Shown piece after piece: positions 13,014-24,780 of a stretch of 64,000 nt of DNA. The stretch is taken from the IMG/VR virus record IMGVR_UViG_3300012344_000017, positions 41,851 to 105,850 of that record. One strand, given 5' to 3'. A program made the translations under genes and the position numbers. This stretch comes from a virus (lineage: Duplodnaviria > Caudoviricetes). Below the pieces are notes generated by a model. It did no database searches, had not been told where the DNA came from, and worked only from the letters and a program-made list of their open reading frames with translations. Positions within the stretch are counted from its first letter, which is position 1. Every line of letters begins with the position of its first letter.

Positions 13014-16000
13014 TGAAAGAAATATGCCCTAATTTACATAATAAACAAGTAGCCAAAGAGTTTGGTGAGCTAAAAGATTTGTTTGGAGAAGAGACTGCTC
13101 ATTTACTCTGGAGCAGAAATAATGGTTATAGTATAGATAAGGCGCCAAATGGCGCCGACTCTATATTATTTGGGGAACTTTTGCATGTAGCTAATGGTGA
13201 TAGAACCCAGGCTCTTATATTGAAAGCAAAAACGTATTCAAACGAATTTTTTGATTGGTTTGGAGACTGGACATCTGACGATAAAACAAATGTATCTAAG
13301 GTTGTTGATAACAATGGAGAACCATAGGTAACTTATCATACAGTTGCCGGAATATATGATCCGTCTTTTAAAAAGTTCAACACGTATATAGAAGGAAGGC
13401 GAACTGCTATATATCATACTGATAGCTACGCAATGTCTGCCAGTTATAATAGTGTGTCATAGGAAATAGAAAGAGGAAACCGTCTTGGGCATTATTATCA
13501 AGACGATCATTATAGATATACAAAAATTAACTATCTTAATATAAAAAATCCAAAAGTATTAGACGCTGAAGGAAGAGATTGGAGATACGTACAGAAGTAC
13601 GGAGATACATATCTATCAACAAGAAACGTTGAGGAAAAATATCTTCTAAAAAAAGACAAGAAAACAATAAACAGAGCTTAGAATTTATTAAAACTAATAC
13701 AATCGAATGTTTTAACATACGATAAAGTTAACAAAGAAATAAAACACGGTAAATCTGTATTTGGCCTTTCGTTTATTAGAGACAATGATATAGGGATATT
13801 CTACTAGCTCGCTAACAAAACTGGACGTTTTGTTCCATTTAAAAAACACAAAGAAGAATTCAAATAGCAACTTACTAAATTTTTAAATGAAGTTATTTCT
13901 GAATAGCAATAGATTGAAGATTCGTAGTTTGATGGAATTATTATTAACAATGTAATAGATTATGGAAGTGGTTCCGAAAACGACTCTCATACAGTGTACG
14001 AATGCATATATAACTCTTAGGTGAAGTCTGCATTCAATAATGGATAGTTTTCTAATCCAGATGATATGTATGCGTCTCCTCAAGGTGACATTAATCTTGG
14101 AGCAGCAAAAAGATTGTCAAATATTCAACAAAAAGGTGATATATCTATATTATAGTAGTATCTAAAATCTCATAGAGACGGAATGTCTAGTACGGCGCTA
14201 AAGCTTGTTATGGCAGCTGTAAACAGATACTTTAACGATAATAATACTGGTATAACATATGAGATTGTGAGTAACCTTCCTGGAGGAGAGGCTGCTCATT
14301 ACGATAGATCAAATAAAGTTATTCGTATAAATAAGAATGCTAATTTTAGAAACGAAAGTAAATCTACTACTCCGGAAGTATAGACAATTATACACGAAAT
14401 GCTTCATGCTGTCACAGAGCACGCGATTAGCAACGATTCTAGGATAAGAAAGTCTTTTACAGACATATTAAATAAAACCAAGAAAGCTCTTGGCGAAGAA
14501 GCTAAAGATTATGGCTTATCTGATGTATATGAATTTATTGCAGAACTTAGTAATGCGCAATTTGTAGAAAAGCTCAAATCCATACAATATACTCGCAAAT
14601 AGACGTTGTTTGACAAAATTAAACAAGCAATAAAGAAGATATATTCTCAAATATTCACAAGTTATAAAGATTTTATAGGTTCTAATAATGTGTACGAAGC
14701 TGCTGTTAATGATTTGTTTGCCGTAATGTCTCACAACGAGCAAAAGGAAGATAATATCGTAGACGAAGATATTAATGATAGACTGGCTTCTATACAGGCG
14801 TCTGAAGACAAAGTTAATTAGATACATCATAGAATAACAGAACTTTTTCAAGGGTTATATAAAGACTATAAGAAACAACTTAATAAGGGCGCTAATAGAC
14901 AGCGTAGAGAGGATCAAATATGGTCTACTATACAAGAACTTAAGTCCCAAGAAAAGAAAGAGTCTTCAAGAATAGCTATACAGTCTGCTTTAAAGACTAT
15001 TGGTGTATTCGCAAGAGATCCAATTAATAATACTATTTTACAAGCTCGCAGAGATACTATTTTAGGCTTCTTATAGGAATGTCAGAAGAATAATTTTGAT
15101 AGCCTTACAGCTGAACAAATACACGATATGAAGTCTAATATTATAGATTTCTATAACGATCTTGTTAAGACGTTATCCGACAATCAAATTGATCTCGATG
15201 CTAGAGATTAGGCTGATGTTGATACGCTTAATGCTACAGTAAGATAGATTAATCAATTATGGAAAGATGCTGCACAGATTGTAGCAGATAAGATAGTTGA
15301 TGAGAATGTAGATAAATACATTAATGAGTCTGAAGAAGAGAAAAACAAGATAAAAGCTGTAGCTAAAGATTGGCTTCATAAGAATGATATGTATGGAGAC
15401 GAATCCAAGCTTACGTTATTCTTTAATTATTCTAGACAAAATAGCCCTATTATACGCCAGGCGTTCTAGATGATACAAGACGCAGACTAGTAGACCAGAA
15501 AAGATTCCCTTCCTGTTATGCAATAGATAGCTAAGGCTTTTAATAAAGCTAATTCTATTATAGATGATCTAACTCCAGGAAACTGGCAGACCATGTTGAT
15601 GGAAAGATATACAGACGGTCCTAAGAAAGGAGAGTTTACTGGCTTATTTAGATCCGCTGTTAATAGAGGTTAGTTCAAACAAGACTAGGAAAACTTTAAA
15701 GAAAAACTTAATAAAGAATGGCAAGATAAGTATGGTTATTTCTACTACAAGGATCCTATTACAGGAGAAACTTTAAGAAGTGACACAGAGTCATCTGTAG
15801 AAGAAGAACAATGGATCGGAGATAAAGAACCAAGTTATGTAACATATCAAAGAAGATATGAGGAGTGGCTCTGTGACCACGCTCACAGAAGATATTCTAA
15901 GACATACTTTATGGAGCGCCTTAGTAAACCTTATGATCCAAAGACTAGAACTGGTCACGGTTTGTCTCCAAGAACACTCTCTAGACAACAATATATACAA

Positions 16001-19000
16001 GATCAACTTAATTATCTATTGCAGAAGTGCTCTGATAAATAGACCGGTTTGTCTTATCCGGAAAAGCTTAATTCTCATGACTATCAAAAGTTATAGATGT
16101 GGAAGGATGCTTTACAAGATTTAGGAAATCCATTTGATCAAGAAGGTAATCTTAAGGATGGCGACGCATTACAAACAGCCCTTGAAATACAATCTTGGAA
16201 CAACTGGCTAGCCAAACAAACTGATTATTCTACAGATTTTGAAGAGTTTGATAAAGAATATAAGAACATTGTAGACTAGATTAAAGCTGGAGAAAAGACT
16301 ACGTAGGATCTATACAAGTTTATTGATGCAAATTCTGAGTACGGCATAAACCCAGAATATCTCGAATACATTTTTGGTAAGAATAATTCTGCTAAAGAAA
16401 GTTTATAGAGAATGTTTTAGAACTCAATGAAGAAACTTATTAAGACAAAGAATGGCTTCGTTAAGGATTTTAGTAATGTAATTTTCTCTGAGCAGCCTGA
16501 TGGTACAGTAAAGATTCCAGATATGTGGTTCTACTCAAGATCTGCAGATATTAAGAACAACGAAGAGAACAATGCTACTGGTGTAGATCCAGAAGAATTT
16601 AGATCCGCCTTTGATATTATAGAAGTTCCTTATACAGATCCATCAGGAATGCAATTAGCTAAAGACGGAGTAACAAAATTTGACCCGCGTAATAATCCAA
16701 ATGGTATAGAACCTATGTCATGGTTTGAGTATATACTTAAACAATACACTGATGCAGCTCTTGATGGCAGAATGCCTAGATATATATCATTAGACGGTAA
16801 AGTTGGTATTGATTTCGCTACACTTGGTAGTAATCGTTAGGCTGTAGAGAAATGGATAGCAGAGAATATTCTTATGTACACTAAGACATGGGAAGGCAAA
16901 GATGGCACAATGAAAGCCAAGCAAGTACCTCTTACAATATTCTCTCAAATAGTTCCAAAGAGGGCTACATTTGGTGACAATTAGCCTACATCTAGATACA
17001 TACCTAAAGGTCGTTTTACAACAAAGAAAGGATCTTCTACATCTTCTATATACGACGATAAGTTCTATGATGGTGATAGAAGCGGTTTACAGCCAGACTT
17101 TGATAAGTATGGAGATAAAGACTTTGTTAAGTTTATATAGAATGGCGACGCTAGAGCATAGTATTACAATCTCCTTGTACAAACTATGGAGTAGCAATGG
17201 GATAAACTAGGGTTAGATCCATCGTATAACAGATTTAAACTTCCTCAAATAGAAGGGACTTCTAATATTAAGACATCTAGAGCATTAGGTAGTCCTGGAA
17301 AATTTGTTAAAAACTTACTTTAGAATGCTACTGGTGCTACATCTGACGATACAAGTATGAGAGATGAAGGAGATTTTGTACAGCGCAATGGTAAATGGGT
17401 TCTTAAAACCGCGCCAACACGCTTTATAAACGAAATGGAAGATCCTTCAATGATTAGTTCGGACTTAGCTTACACTGTAGGCATGTTTGTAAATATGACT
17501 AACAACTTTGTAAATAAATCTAAAGTGCAAGCCAAACTTGAAACGCTAGGTTATAATTTGTCTGACGAGACAAGGGATTCTGAACACCAAGGAACTGGCA
17601 CAAGGTAGTAGGAGCGTTACGCAAAGATGTTAAAACAGTTATTTTACGAGTCTAGGGAAACAAATGACGATCCTGGAGAAAAGCCTTCAAAGAAAGCTAT
17701 TGCAGCAGCAAAACTTGTAAATAAAACTAGGGGTATTTCTGCTTATCTTATGCTTGCAGCCAATATACCATCAATGCTTGTAGGCGTATGGGATTCTTTT
17801 ACACAGATGCCAGCATAGGCTGCTAGAAATGACCAATTTGGTTTTAGAGACCTTATGAAAGCATATCTTTATACAGGATTTGATCTTATGAAAGTTTTAG
17901 CCAACATTGGCAATCCTATAGCTAACTGTAAAGCTGTAGCCATGATGCAGAAAGATGGTCTTGTTAGAACAAACGACGAAACGTTTAAAGATGCTTACCG
18001 CAATAGAATCACGAAGGCTTTAAAACAATCTGCTACAGGCGGTTATACAATGGGCGATTATATGATGAATATGCTTGCTTAGAGAGCCACGTATAATGCA
18101 AAGAAGTACTATCCAGGTAATTCTATTGTTAAAGAAGGGTTTTATACAAAGGCAGAATTCAATAGACTAATGGTTAACAGTGGTCTTACATAGAAAGAGA
18201 TTAATAGAGACTGGAAAGATAATCACGGAGAATCTATGTGGGATGCATACTATTTTGATCATGGTATAGCTAAAATAAAACCATCGTATGCTAATGTTTA
18301 GACATAGGATAGTAAGTTGTCTGCTACTATATAGCAAACTATGGCGTTACTTAATGGTAATTCACCAAAGAATGATCAATCGGCTGTTAGTAACAATGTC
18401 TTGCATAAGTTCTTTTTCTTAATGCGTAACTTCTTTATACGTAGAGCAGAGCACTGGTTTGCTGGATATACATCAGATAATGTCGTAAGAGAATTAGAAT
18501 AGGTTAAAGAAAATGTATAGAGAGGCGGTACTACAACTATTAAAGCTAGAACTGTTCGCAAGCCTTTAACAAACGAGTAGAAAGCGCAGAGATGTATGTA
18601 CGACTATAGTACAGGAGAAGCTAATCCTGCTGTACTTGTAAACCTTATGAGAGGCGCTCACACTTAGCTTAGATGGTTTAATTAGTAGATGTTTAATCGT
18701 TAGGCTATACTTGTAGATCCTGTTAAATTTAATAAGAACGAAGTTAAGTCTCTTAGAGAATTTTTAACATGGGGTCTTTGTCTTGCGTTACTTTCTGTAG
18801 GATGGATGGCATTCCATAGATATGTACAGAGTGATACAAAAGATCTTAAACCTAAAACTTACGAAGAGTCTTTGCCTACATTAAAAAACTTTGTAGATTA
18901 GAAGGTTTACCTTAGACTTATAGATTAGTGCATGTTTAGAACTATCGACTCACAATTTTAGTTATACAACGTCTATTAGTTTGTAGATATGGTTAAGTCT

Positions 19001-19381
19001 GCCACAACTGTAACATCTGCTGTAGAGAAATTTACAGAAGTACCTACAGCTATTGCTGATGCTGTTGGATTAACAGGAAATAATCCGACTGACATTATTT
19101 CGTCTGACTCGAAGTACAAATACTTCCCACGTTGGTAGAGATCGTTAATGACAGCCTCTGGGGTCCTCAACAATATACAAACATGGGGATCCAGTAGAGG
19201 TAATGACAAAGTAGGTAGATGGTACTTTGATAACACCGTAACTGGTACTGTATTCAAGATGGGAGGATATACATGGAAAGGTGACGAAGAAAAGAAACGT
19301 AGTTCAGGTAATATGCTTGAAATGGCTCCAATGTAGCCAATGCCAAAAATGGCGCCTATGGCACCAATGCCTGGATTTTAA
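13013..19381 (+). CDS. Large polyvalent virion (ejected) protein, 2122 aa, TAG=Gln; N-terminal ART-PolyVal-like domain and zincin metallopeptidase
   Basis: TAATG overlap with the upstream gene; fragments 13013-19336 share a frame; TAA at 19379-19381. Motifs FDWFGDW-SKVVDNNGEP-YH...YLNIKNP...FDGIII...QVKSAFNNGQFS and IHEMLH...EFIAE (14393-14407). Confidence 0.88.
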
Positions 19382-19421
19382 ACGCGTACTAAGACATTTC
19401 ACATAAACTAAACCAAACAAA

Positions 19422-19458
19422 ATAGGGGAGCAATACCGATAAGGTACTGTTCCCCTAT
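19422..19458. terminator. Hairpin between convergent late and replication operons (probably bidirectional terminator)
   Basis: ATAGGGGAGCAATACC-GATAA-GGTACTGTTCCCCTAT inverted repeat with an A-rich left flank (U-rich on the - strand). Confidence 0.75.
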
Positions 19459-19462
19459 GTTG

Positions 19463-19927
19463 TTATATAAGGCTTTCTAAAAAGAGTGGAGCCTCGTCTG
19501 CTAACGGCATAGCGTAATCCGTTTCTACAGACAAGGTGCTATTACATAGCAACAATCTCCCTATATCTGAAGTAAGACCCCAAAACTGCAAAATTCGAGT
19601 CCTTTCTTCTAGCGTTGGAGAGATTACTCCATCTTTCATCTTATATATTGATGGCGTCATACCGAATTTATACACCATATATGGTATATTATTGCATCGC
19701 TTAGTATAAACGCCCTTTAAACTAGCTGATTTAATAAAACGTCGTGCTCTATCTATTGATAAAGCATTTCGTACATCGTCATTTACAACGAAGTAGATAC
19801 TACGATAATCTCCTGGTTTGTCAGGATCTTCCGTATAGACGTCTATAAACCCTGACTCGGCAGAGAAATCATCTAGCTTTAAATTCTTTTCAATCAGAGG
19901 CATTACTACCTCTGCAAATCTACTCAT
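19463..19927 (-). CDS. Hypothetical protein
   Basis: 154-aa ORF with ATGA overlap to the upstream gene. Confidence 0.75.
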   Translation of the reverse strand: MSRFAEVVMPLIEKNLKLDDFSAESGFIDVYTEDPDKPGDYRSIYFVVNDDVRNALSIDRARRFIKSASLKGVYTKRCNNIPYMVYKFGMTPSIYKMKDGVISPTLEERTRILQFWGLTSDIGRLLLCNSTLSVETDYAMPLADEAPLFLESLI

Positions 19928-20964
19928 AGGTTTAAGGTTTCGCTACCATCTCCTTCATAATATATTCTAGTATGATCCCAGTTTCCTGTTCCCATATGCC
20001 AAAGTATATCACTCATCGCATTATCTATATCTACTCCTCTAGCAGAAACTTGAGCCATGTCAAATTTAAAGACACGTATATCATTGCTACCTGTTGTGTC
20101 AATAGCAATAATATAAAACTCAAATCTCCAAAGGCTGGGAGCAAGATTAAGATTATCAAGATACCAATATACTGCTTCTTGGTAAAAACATAATTGACGA
20201 CAGTAATCAAATTCTTTCATACTATCTTCAAAATGCCAAAGCTTTCCAGTAGTCTTAATATCCATTATAGTACATACTTTATTATCCCAATCAAATGTAC
20301 AACTATCTAATAGTGATTTGCAAGCTATCGGAGTAAGTGCATTGTGATTTAAAACGTCTGGTATACTATATTCCCAGTTTATCTGAAACTCATGGTATAT
20401 ATGTACACTGCCATGATCTCCTGCTCGACGTAAGAGCTGTCTAGCCAACTTATGTTCTCCAACATTATGTTGAATAGCTGTAAGTTGGTCTAGATTATAT
20501 TGGGATATAAGTATCTTATTTGTCTTTAGAGCTTCAATATAATCCTTATACTCTACGCTCATTTTAAGCGCCTCTGAGAGGATTTTGTCTTCACTCTTAC
20601 CAACTATACTATAAGACTTACGATAAGCGTCTGAAAGCTGTTTATTTAGCTCTATTTCGACGGTATTTATTAAGTTTTCACAGAACTTTTGTGCTTGTGC
20701 ACTTTTAGGTTTTTCTCCTTCAAATAATACGTAATCATCCCAGAACTGTTCTGGTTGAAGTAGAAATTCATGAATCATGGTTCCTCTACGTAATTGAGGG
20801 AGGTCAAGTCCCTTTTCTTCACCATCTAACATTCTACGAAAAAAGGCTGGACCCTTATTTAAGAACCAGCCTATAGCACTATTGCTAACGCGTGTGTTAT
20901 CTTCGTAATACGGAATGTCATATGACAGTATTTTGTACTCTGGGTAATTCATTAGCAACCGCAA
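19924..20964 (-). CDS. PD-(D/E)xK exonuclease, RecE/exonuclease VIII-like
   Basis: SNSAI, GTMIHEFLL, KSLLD, IMDIKTT and YCRQLCFY motifs. Confidence 0.8.
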   Translation of the reverse strand: MRLLMNYPEYKILSYDIPYYEDNTRVSNSAIGWFLNKGPAFFRRMLDGEEKGLDLPQLRRGTMIHEFLLQPEQFWDDYVLFEGEKPKSAQAQKFCENLINTVEIELNKQLSDAYRKSYSIVGKSEDKILSEALKMSVEYKDYIEALKTNKILISQYNLDQLTAIQHNVGEHKLARQLLRRAGDHGSVHIYHEFQINWEYSIPDVLNHNALTPIACKSLLDSCTFDWDNKVCTIMDIKTTGKLWHFEDSMKEFDYCRQLCFYQEAVYWYLDNLNLAPSLWRFEFYIIAIDTTGSNDIRVFKFDMAQVSARGVDIDNAMSDILWHMGTGNWDHTRIYYEGDGSETLNL

Positions 20965-21851
20965 TCACAACATGTGTCAACATTCTTTAACTTCAAACCT
21001 TTTAGTTTGTTGTTCGGACGCGTATGAGGTTTAATAGTACCTCCCTTTGGAGAAAGGTTCATATCCTCAAACAATTCCTCAAATGTAACAGTAGGATAAT
21101 CATTAGCTTCCTTTACGAAAGAAATGATGTTATCAAAACTACATACCTGGAAATTGTCCTTAATAAAGTCTGTCAAGAACTTCGCCTCATTCTTGTTATC
21201 AAGACGGTCTTCGAGTACCTCCATAATCAACGATGGTGACATCTCTTCAAACTCACGCCAATAACGAATACGAGAACAACGATCAATCAGATATTCAGAT
21301 ATTTCATCTGTGTCATTACAAGTAAACAAAATCATATGCTTACCCTTTGTGTCAGTGCCGTCAAGAATCTGCAATAAAGCAGAATCGTCGTAATCATCGA
21401 GGAGTTTATCAAGTTCATCAAACAAGAAACATACACTTGTATCACCAAGCTTCTCTACTAGAGTCTTTAGAATCCAAGGGCGAATATTCTTATCAATGTT
21501 AATGATTGGAAGACCACTCTTATTAGCTATGACTTTCATCATAACTGTCTTACCAGAACCTTTCAACCCTGCAAGCATTACACCAGTAAAGCCACTATCA
21601 GCCAAATTGTAGCTGTTAATAACCTTATTTACGAATCGATTGTCGCGATCTGTACAATATACCTTAGAAGGTAAAGAAAGAGCTTCTGTTTCTTCAAGTG
21701 TGATCTGATCCGTATAGCGGTCTACTTTAATATTGTAAACTACTCCTGGAGCTAAATCACACTCAAGACCTTCTGTGTTAAACTTAAAACTTATATTCTT
21801 ACCTACTTTCAAAAATTTCTTTTCCATATTTACTGATATTAAAATACTCAA
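20952..21851 (-). CDS. AAA+ ATPase
   Basis: Walker A GLKGSGKT, Walker B FLFDELDK, sensor FTCN, arginine finger DRCSRI. Confidence 0.88.
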   Translation of the reverse strand: MSILISVNMEKKFLKVGKNISFKFNTEGLECDLAPGVVYNIKVDRYTDQITLEETEALSLPSKVYCTDRDNRFVNKVINSYNLADSGFTGVMLAGLKGSGKTVMMKVIANKSGLPIINIDKNIRPWILKTLVEKLGDTSVCFLFDELDKLLDDYDDSALLQILDGTDTKGKHMILFTCNDTDEISEYLIDRCSRIRYWREFEEMSPSLIMEVLEDRLDNKNEAKFLTDFIKDNFQVCSFDNIISFVKEANDYPTVTFEELFEDMNLSPKGGTIKPHTRPNNKLKGLKLKNVDTCCDCGC

Positions 21852-22234
21852 ATATTGGCTTTAATCTCTTCAATCATCTCATCTACTTGTTTGTGGTTTC
21901 TAACAAGATAACACTTCATTTTACTTCTGTGTCGTTTGAGATAATACTTGAAGAGTTTCCACCGAAGTGGAAAGGAGTCCCCCATAAGACCTTTACATTC
22001 TACCATGAATCCTTTTCCGAGGAAATCTGGCAGATATGTAATTGGTCTTATTTTTTCTCCTAGATACTCGAATTTGTTTAATAAAGTAAAATGCTTTGGC
22101 TCATACTTAACAGGTATACCTGCCTTCATAAAAGCTTCATAAGTATAGCATTCGAGCTTACTCCTAAAATGGATACCATACTTATCGACTGCTGTCGCAT
22201 TTTTTACCTTACCTTTACCACTCTTGCCTATCAT
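21848..22234 (-). CDS. PD-(D/E)xK endonuclease (T7 endonuclease I / DUF1064-like resolvase)
   Basis: FRSKLE, YLPDF and VECKG motifs. Confidence 0.78.
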   Translation of the reverse strand: MIGKSGKGKVKNATAVDKYGIHFRSKLECYTYEAFMKAGIPVKYEPKHFTLLNKFEYLGEKIRPITYLPDFLGKGFMVECKGLMGDSFPLRWKLFKYYLKRHRSKMKCYLVRNHKQVDEMIEEIKANI

Positions 22235-22529
22235 AAGAAAACTTCTTACCTCTTATCTTAGAGACAATATTTCCTTCAAAATAGACAATATCACCGTCTG
22301 TTACTTTAGTAGAATCACCATGATGAACACATGCACATATATTACCTTCGTCGCTGTAACTATCCCAGATAGTCATACGCATTTTATTTGGTAAATATAT
22401 ACGCAAGAATCCACCTTTCTGTAATGAGATTCGTTTCGTCAGCTTTTTCGTCAGCCACTTATGCAATAGAGGAGACATTACTGCACCTCCTAGCACTCCA
22501 AGCAGGCATGCTATTACTATATCAATCAT
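22215..22529 (-). CDS. Membrane-anchored hypothetical protein
   Basis: 104-aa ORF with hydrophobic N-terminus; overlaps both neighbours. Confidence 0.7.
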   Translation of the reverse strand: MIDIVIACLLGVLGGAVMSPLLHKWLTKKLTKRISLQKGGFLRIYLPNKMRMTIWDSYSDEGNICACVHHGDSTKVTDGDIVYFEGNIVSKIRGKKFSYDRQEW

Positions 22530-23493
22530 ACTTCTGTAACGTTTTATGTAACCAGTCTTTCATGGTGCTAAATCCGTTGTCACGAACAGCATCTGATAGA
22601 TCTTTGGCTTTGAATTTTTTGTTAATGAAAAAGGCATCTAATTTGTACTGTTTGCTATACATCCTTGACTTATGAACTCCTGTAGCATCTCTGTCATATA
22701 ATATGACAATATGTTTCCATTTAGAACGTAAATACTTGAGTATATCGTCAGGAATGAATACTGTTTCACTAGCTGCGGCTATAGCGTTAAATCCCATTTC
22801 GTAACATACCATGACATCTTTCAATGACTTGGTTATTATGAGTAGATTGCCACCCTCTTTAGGTAATTCGGCTAATCCCTGTACGTGCCGATTAGTCAGA
22901 TTGGTACGCCATTTAGTATACTTAGAGGCAAGTGGGCGATAAATCTTAAACTTATCATACACCTTGTATGCATACATAGGACTAGTTTCTTTGTAGATAC
23001 TTCGGACGATACTATTACAAAGAAAGTATTTAATGCTGAATACATTGAATTTCTTTAACGTATCTATATGAATGCCAAACTGTTTCCAGTACTGTTTGTC
23101 TACATTGGTAAACGACTGCCGAACTATTCCGATATCAGTTTCACCTTTCGGCTTATCGTACGTATTTGCCCTGCACGATGTGTTAGGGTTTATTCTGCGT
23201 ACGATACGCAATAATTCTCGTTCTAGCTCTTCTCTTGTCGTTATACCTTTGTATTCTTTTAGGAACTTTATCGCGTTTCCACAATCACCAGTTCCAAGGT
23301 CTTTCCATAGCAGTCCTCCGGTTTTGGATTGAAATATTCCAAATGACGGGTTTTTGTCTCCAGACCTTAATGGGCTATTCATTAGTTTTCCAACTTTGAA
23401 TTGTCCAATACAATACGTATAGATGTCTAAATCAGTTAACTTGTCTAATATGTCTCTTAATGAAACTGTTATTGCTGTTCTAGTACTATACAT
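22522..23493 (-). CDS. dnaG: crAss-type DNA primase (TOPRIM)
   Basis: SPLR..DKNPSF N-terminal motif; IITKSLKDVM and LYDRD TOPRIM motifs; replication-block context. Confidence 0.8.
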   Translation of the reverse strand: MYSTRTAITVSLRDILDKLTDLDIYTYCIGQFKVGKLMNSPLRSGDKNPSFGIFQSKTGGLLWKDLGTGDCGNAIKFLKEYKGITTREELERELLRIVRRINPNTSCRANTYDKPKGETDIGIVRQSFTNVDKQYWKQFGIHIDTLKKFNVFSIKYFLCNSIVRSIYKETSPMYAYKVYDKFKIYRPLASKYTKWRTNLTNRHVQGLAELPKEGGNLLIITKSLKDVMVCYEMGFNAIAAASETVFIPDDILKYLRSKWKHIVILYDRDATGVHKSRMYSKQYKLDAFFINKKFKAKDLSDAVRDNGFSTMKDWLHKTLQKYD

Positions 23494-23506
23494 AACTTAT
23501 AAGTTA

Positions 23507-23555
23507 GGGCTAGTTGCGGAATCGAACCGCTTCCGTGCACGGATCCAATCTAGCC
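23507..23555 (-). ncRNA. Minimal tRNA-like element (acceptor stem plus T-arm, no anticodon loop) just upstream of primase
   Basis: GGCTAG...CCGT-GC-ACGG..GCGG-TTCGATT-CCGC..CTAGCC. Confidence 0.6.
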
Positions 23556-23786
23556 ATATAAAATGAGCAGTTTAATGACATGCTCAGGTCTACGTTGACG
23601 GACGTATAGCAGTTTACGGAGATGCTAAGCTCGGGGACTACATTTATACATCCCAGATCCAATTTAGGTATGGTTCACCATGAGATTTGACAACTCCAGG
23701 AGAACTGGAGTATGCTAATAACTAAGTGATAGCCTATCCTCTCGGACCGGAGTTTTCTGCACATATTTGTATAAATGAAAATTTTG

Positions 23787-23887
23787 TGACTATGCCAGGA
23801 ATCGAACCTGGCGGAATGGAAAGAAAAGCAACATGCGCGTAAAACAAAACCATTCCTGTCTTGTGTCTCACGACACCCCGACTAGTC
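23787..23887 (-). ncRNA. tRNA-like element with canonical T-arm and aberrant D and anticodon arms
   Basis: GACTA..., GTGTC-GTGA-GACAC, GGAATGG-(long U-rich loop)-CCATTCC, CCAGG-TTCGATT-CCTGG, ...TAGTC-A. Confidence 0.55.
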
Positions 23888-24085
23888 TTGTTGGGAGCGT
23901 TTCACTCCCAGGGGTAACTGAATTACCTATACTCCACCAACACCTGTTCATGGCGATATTACCCTCCCAGGTGTAACCACTTGTCATACAGTTTGACACT
24001 CCTGCTATATAAACGGTATAAAAACCATTTACCGGATTTCATACAATCAAGTAGTATTTCTTTTTCTTCTGATGTATAATCTCCC

Positions 24086-24691
24086 TTAAAACGGAAGGCC
24101 TGATGCACCAGAAATATTCTCAGTCTCCGGAGTAACGGTTGGTGGCACGTTAAGCGGATCGTTGTCCTCCTTGTCAGCGACAACTGGGCGCTCCATAAGA
24201 TCATTCTTAAAGAGCTTAATCTGAGAATTTGTATTAGACATGTCTTCAACGAAGATTCCAAGCTTACTTACTTGAGTATAGCCCTTCTTGTCGTAAATGA
24301 CCTTCAAACGAAGCTTCTTCTTAGTAGCGATCATAGGGTCAAGCATCTGCTTTGTCCAGTCGATCATCTCCTTAAATGTAGAAAGCTCTGCATCTGGTCG
24401 TTGTGGATAAAAACAATCGAGAATCTGGCAAACTCGTCCAAACTGAGCGTTATCACGCTTCTGCAAGTCCTCGTCTGTTTTGATATACATTCCCTTTGTA
24501 TTCTTCCACTCTGTCATAGTAGCTATTTGACCATCCTCGTTCTCAAATACAATCTCTAGGAAATCGAGACCCTGAGGAGACTTGTTGCAGTTTACCTCTT
24601 TAAGAGTGATATTCTGATTAATGCCTACTGGCATATAACTACTATTATTAAATTCTTCGTTACTTGTTGTGGCTGTCTTTGTACTAAACAT
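24086..24691 (-). CDS. Putative single-stranded DNA-binding protein
   Basis: Follows the Sak4-like ATPase; flexible acidic tail ending GLPF. Confidence 0.6.
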   Translation of the reverse strand: MFSTKTATTSNEEFNNSSYMPVGINQNITLKEVNCNKSPQGLDFLEIVFENEDGQIATMTEWKNTKGMYIKTDEDLQKRDNAQFGRVCQILDCFYPQRPDAELSTFKEMIDWTKQMLDPMIATKKKLRLKVIYDKKGYTQVSKLGIFVEDMSNTNSQIKLFKNDLMERPVVADKEDNDPLNVPPTVTPETENISGASGLPF

Positions 24692-24780
24692 AATTTCTTT
24701 ATTTTAATATACGTAATGCTAACATATCCATCTTACTCTCAGCGTAATGCGCTGTGGACCGAATGAATTTATATAACAAT

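Noticed and set aside
1-19381. Fragmented ORFs read as pseudogenes or many small genes
   Set aside because: Fragments share a frame, the breaks checked are TAG, conserved motifs span TAG in other late genes, and a CUA tRNA is present.
22522-23493. Primase judged inactive because TOPRIM Glu is Lys and the zinc-finger Cys residues are missing
   Set aside because: The ORF is intact and in operon context; I recall this variant as typical of crAss-like primases, so it is not evidence of decay.
23670-23748. Additional type II tRNA on the - strand ending ACCA
   Set aside because: Acceptor and T stems pair poorly; cannot be supported.
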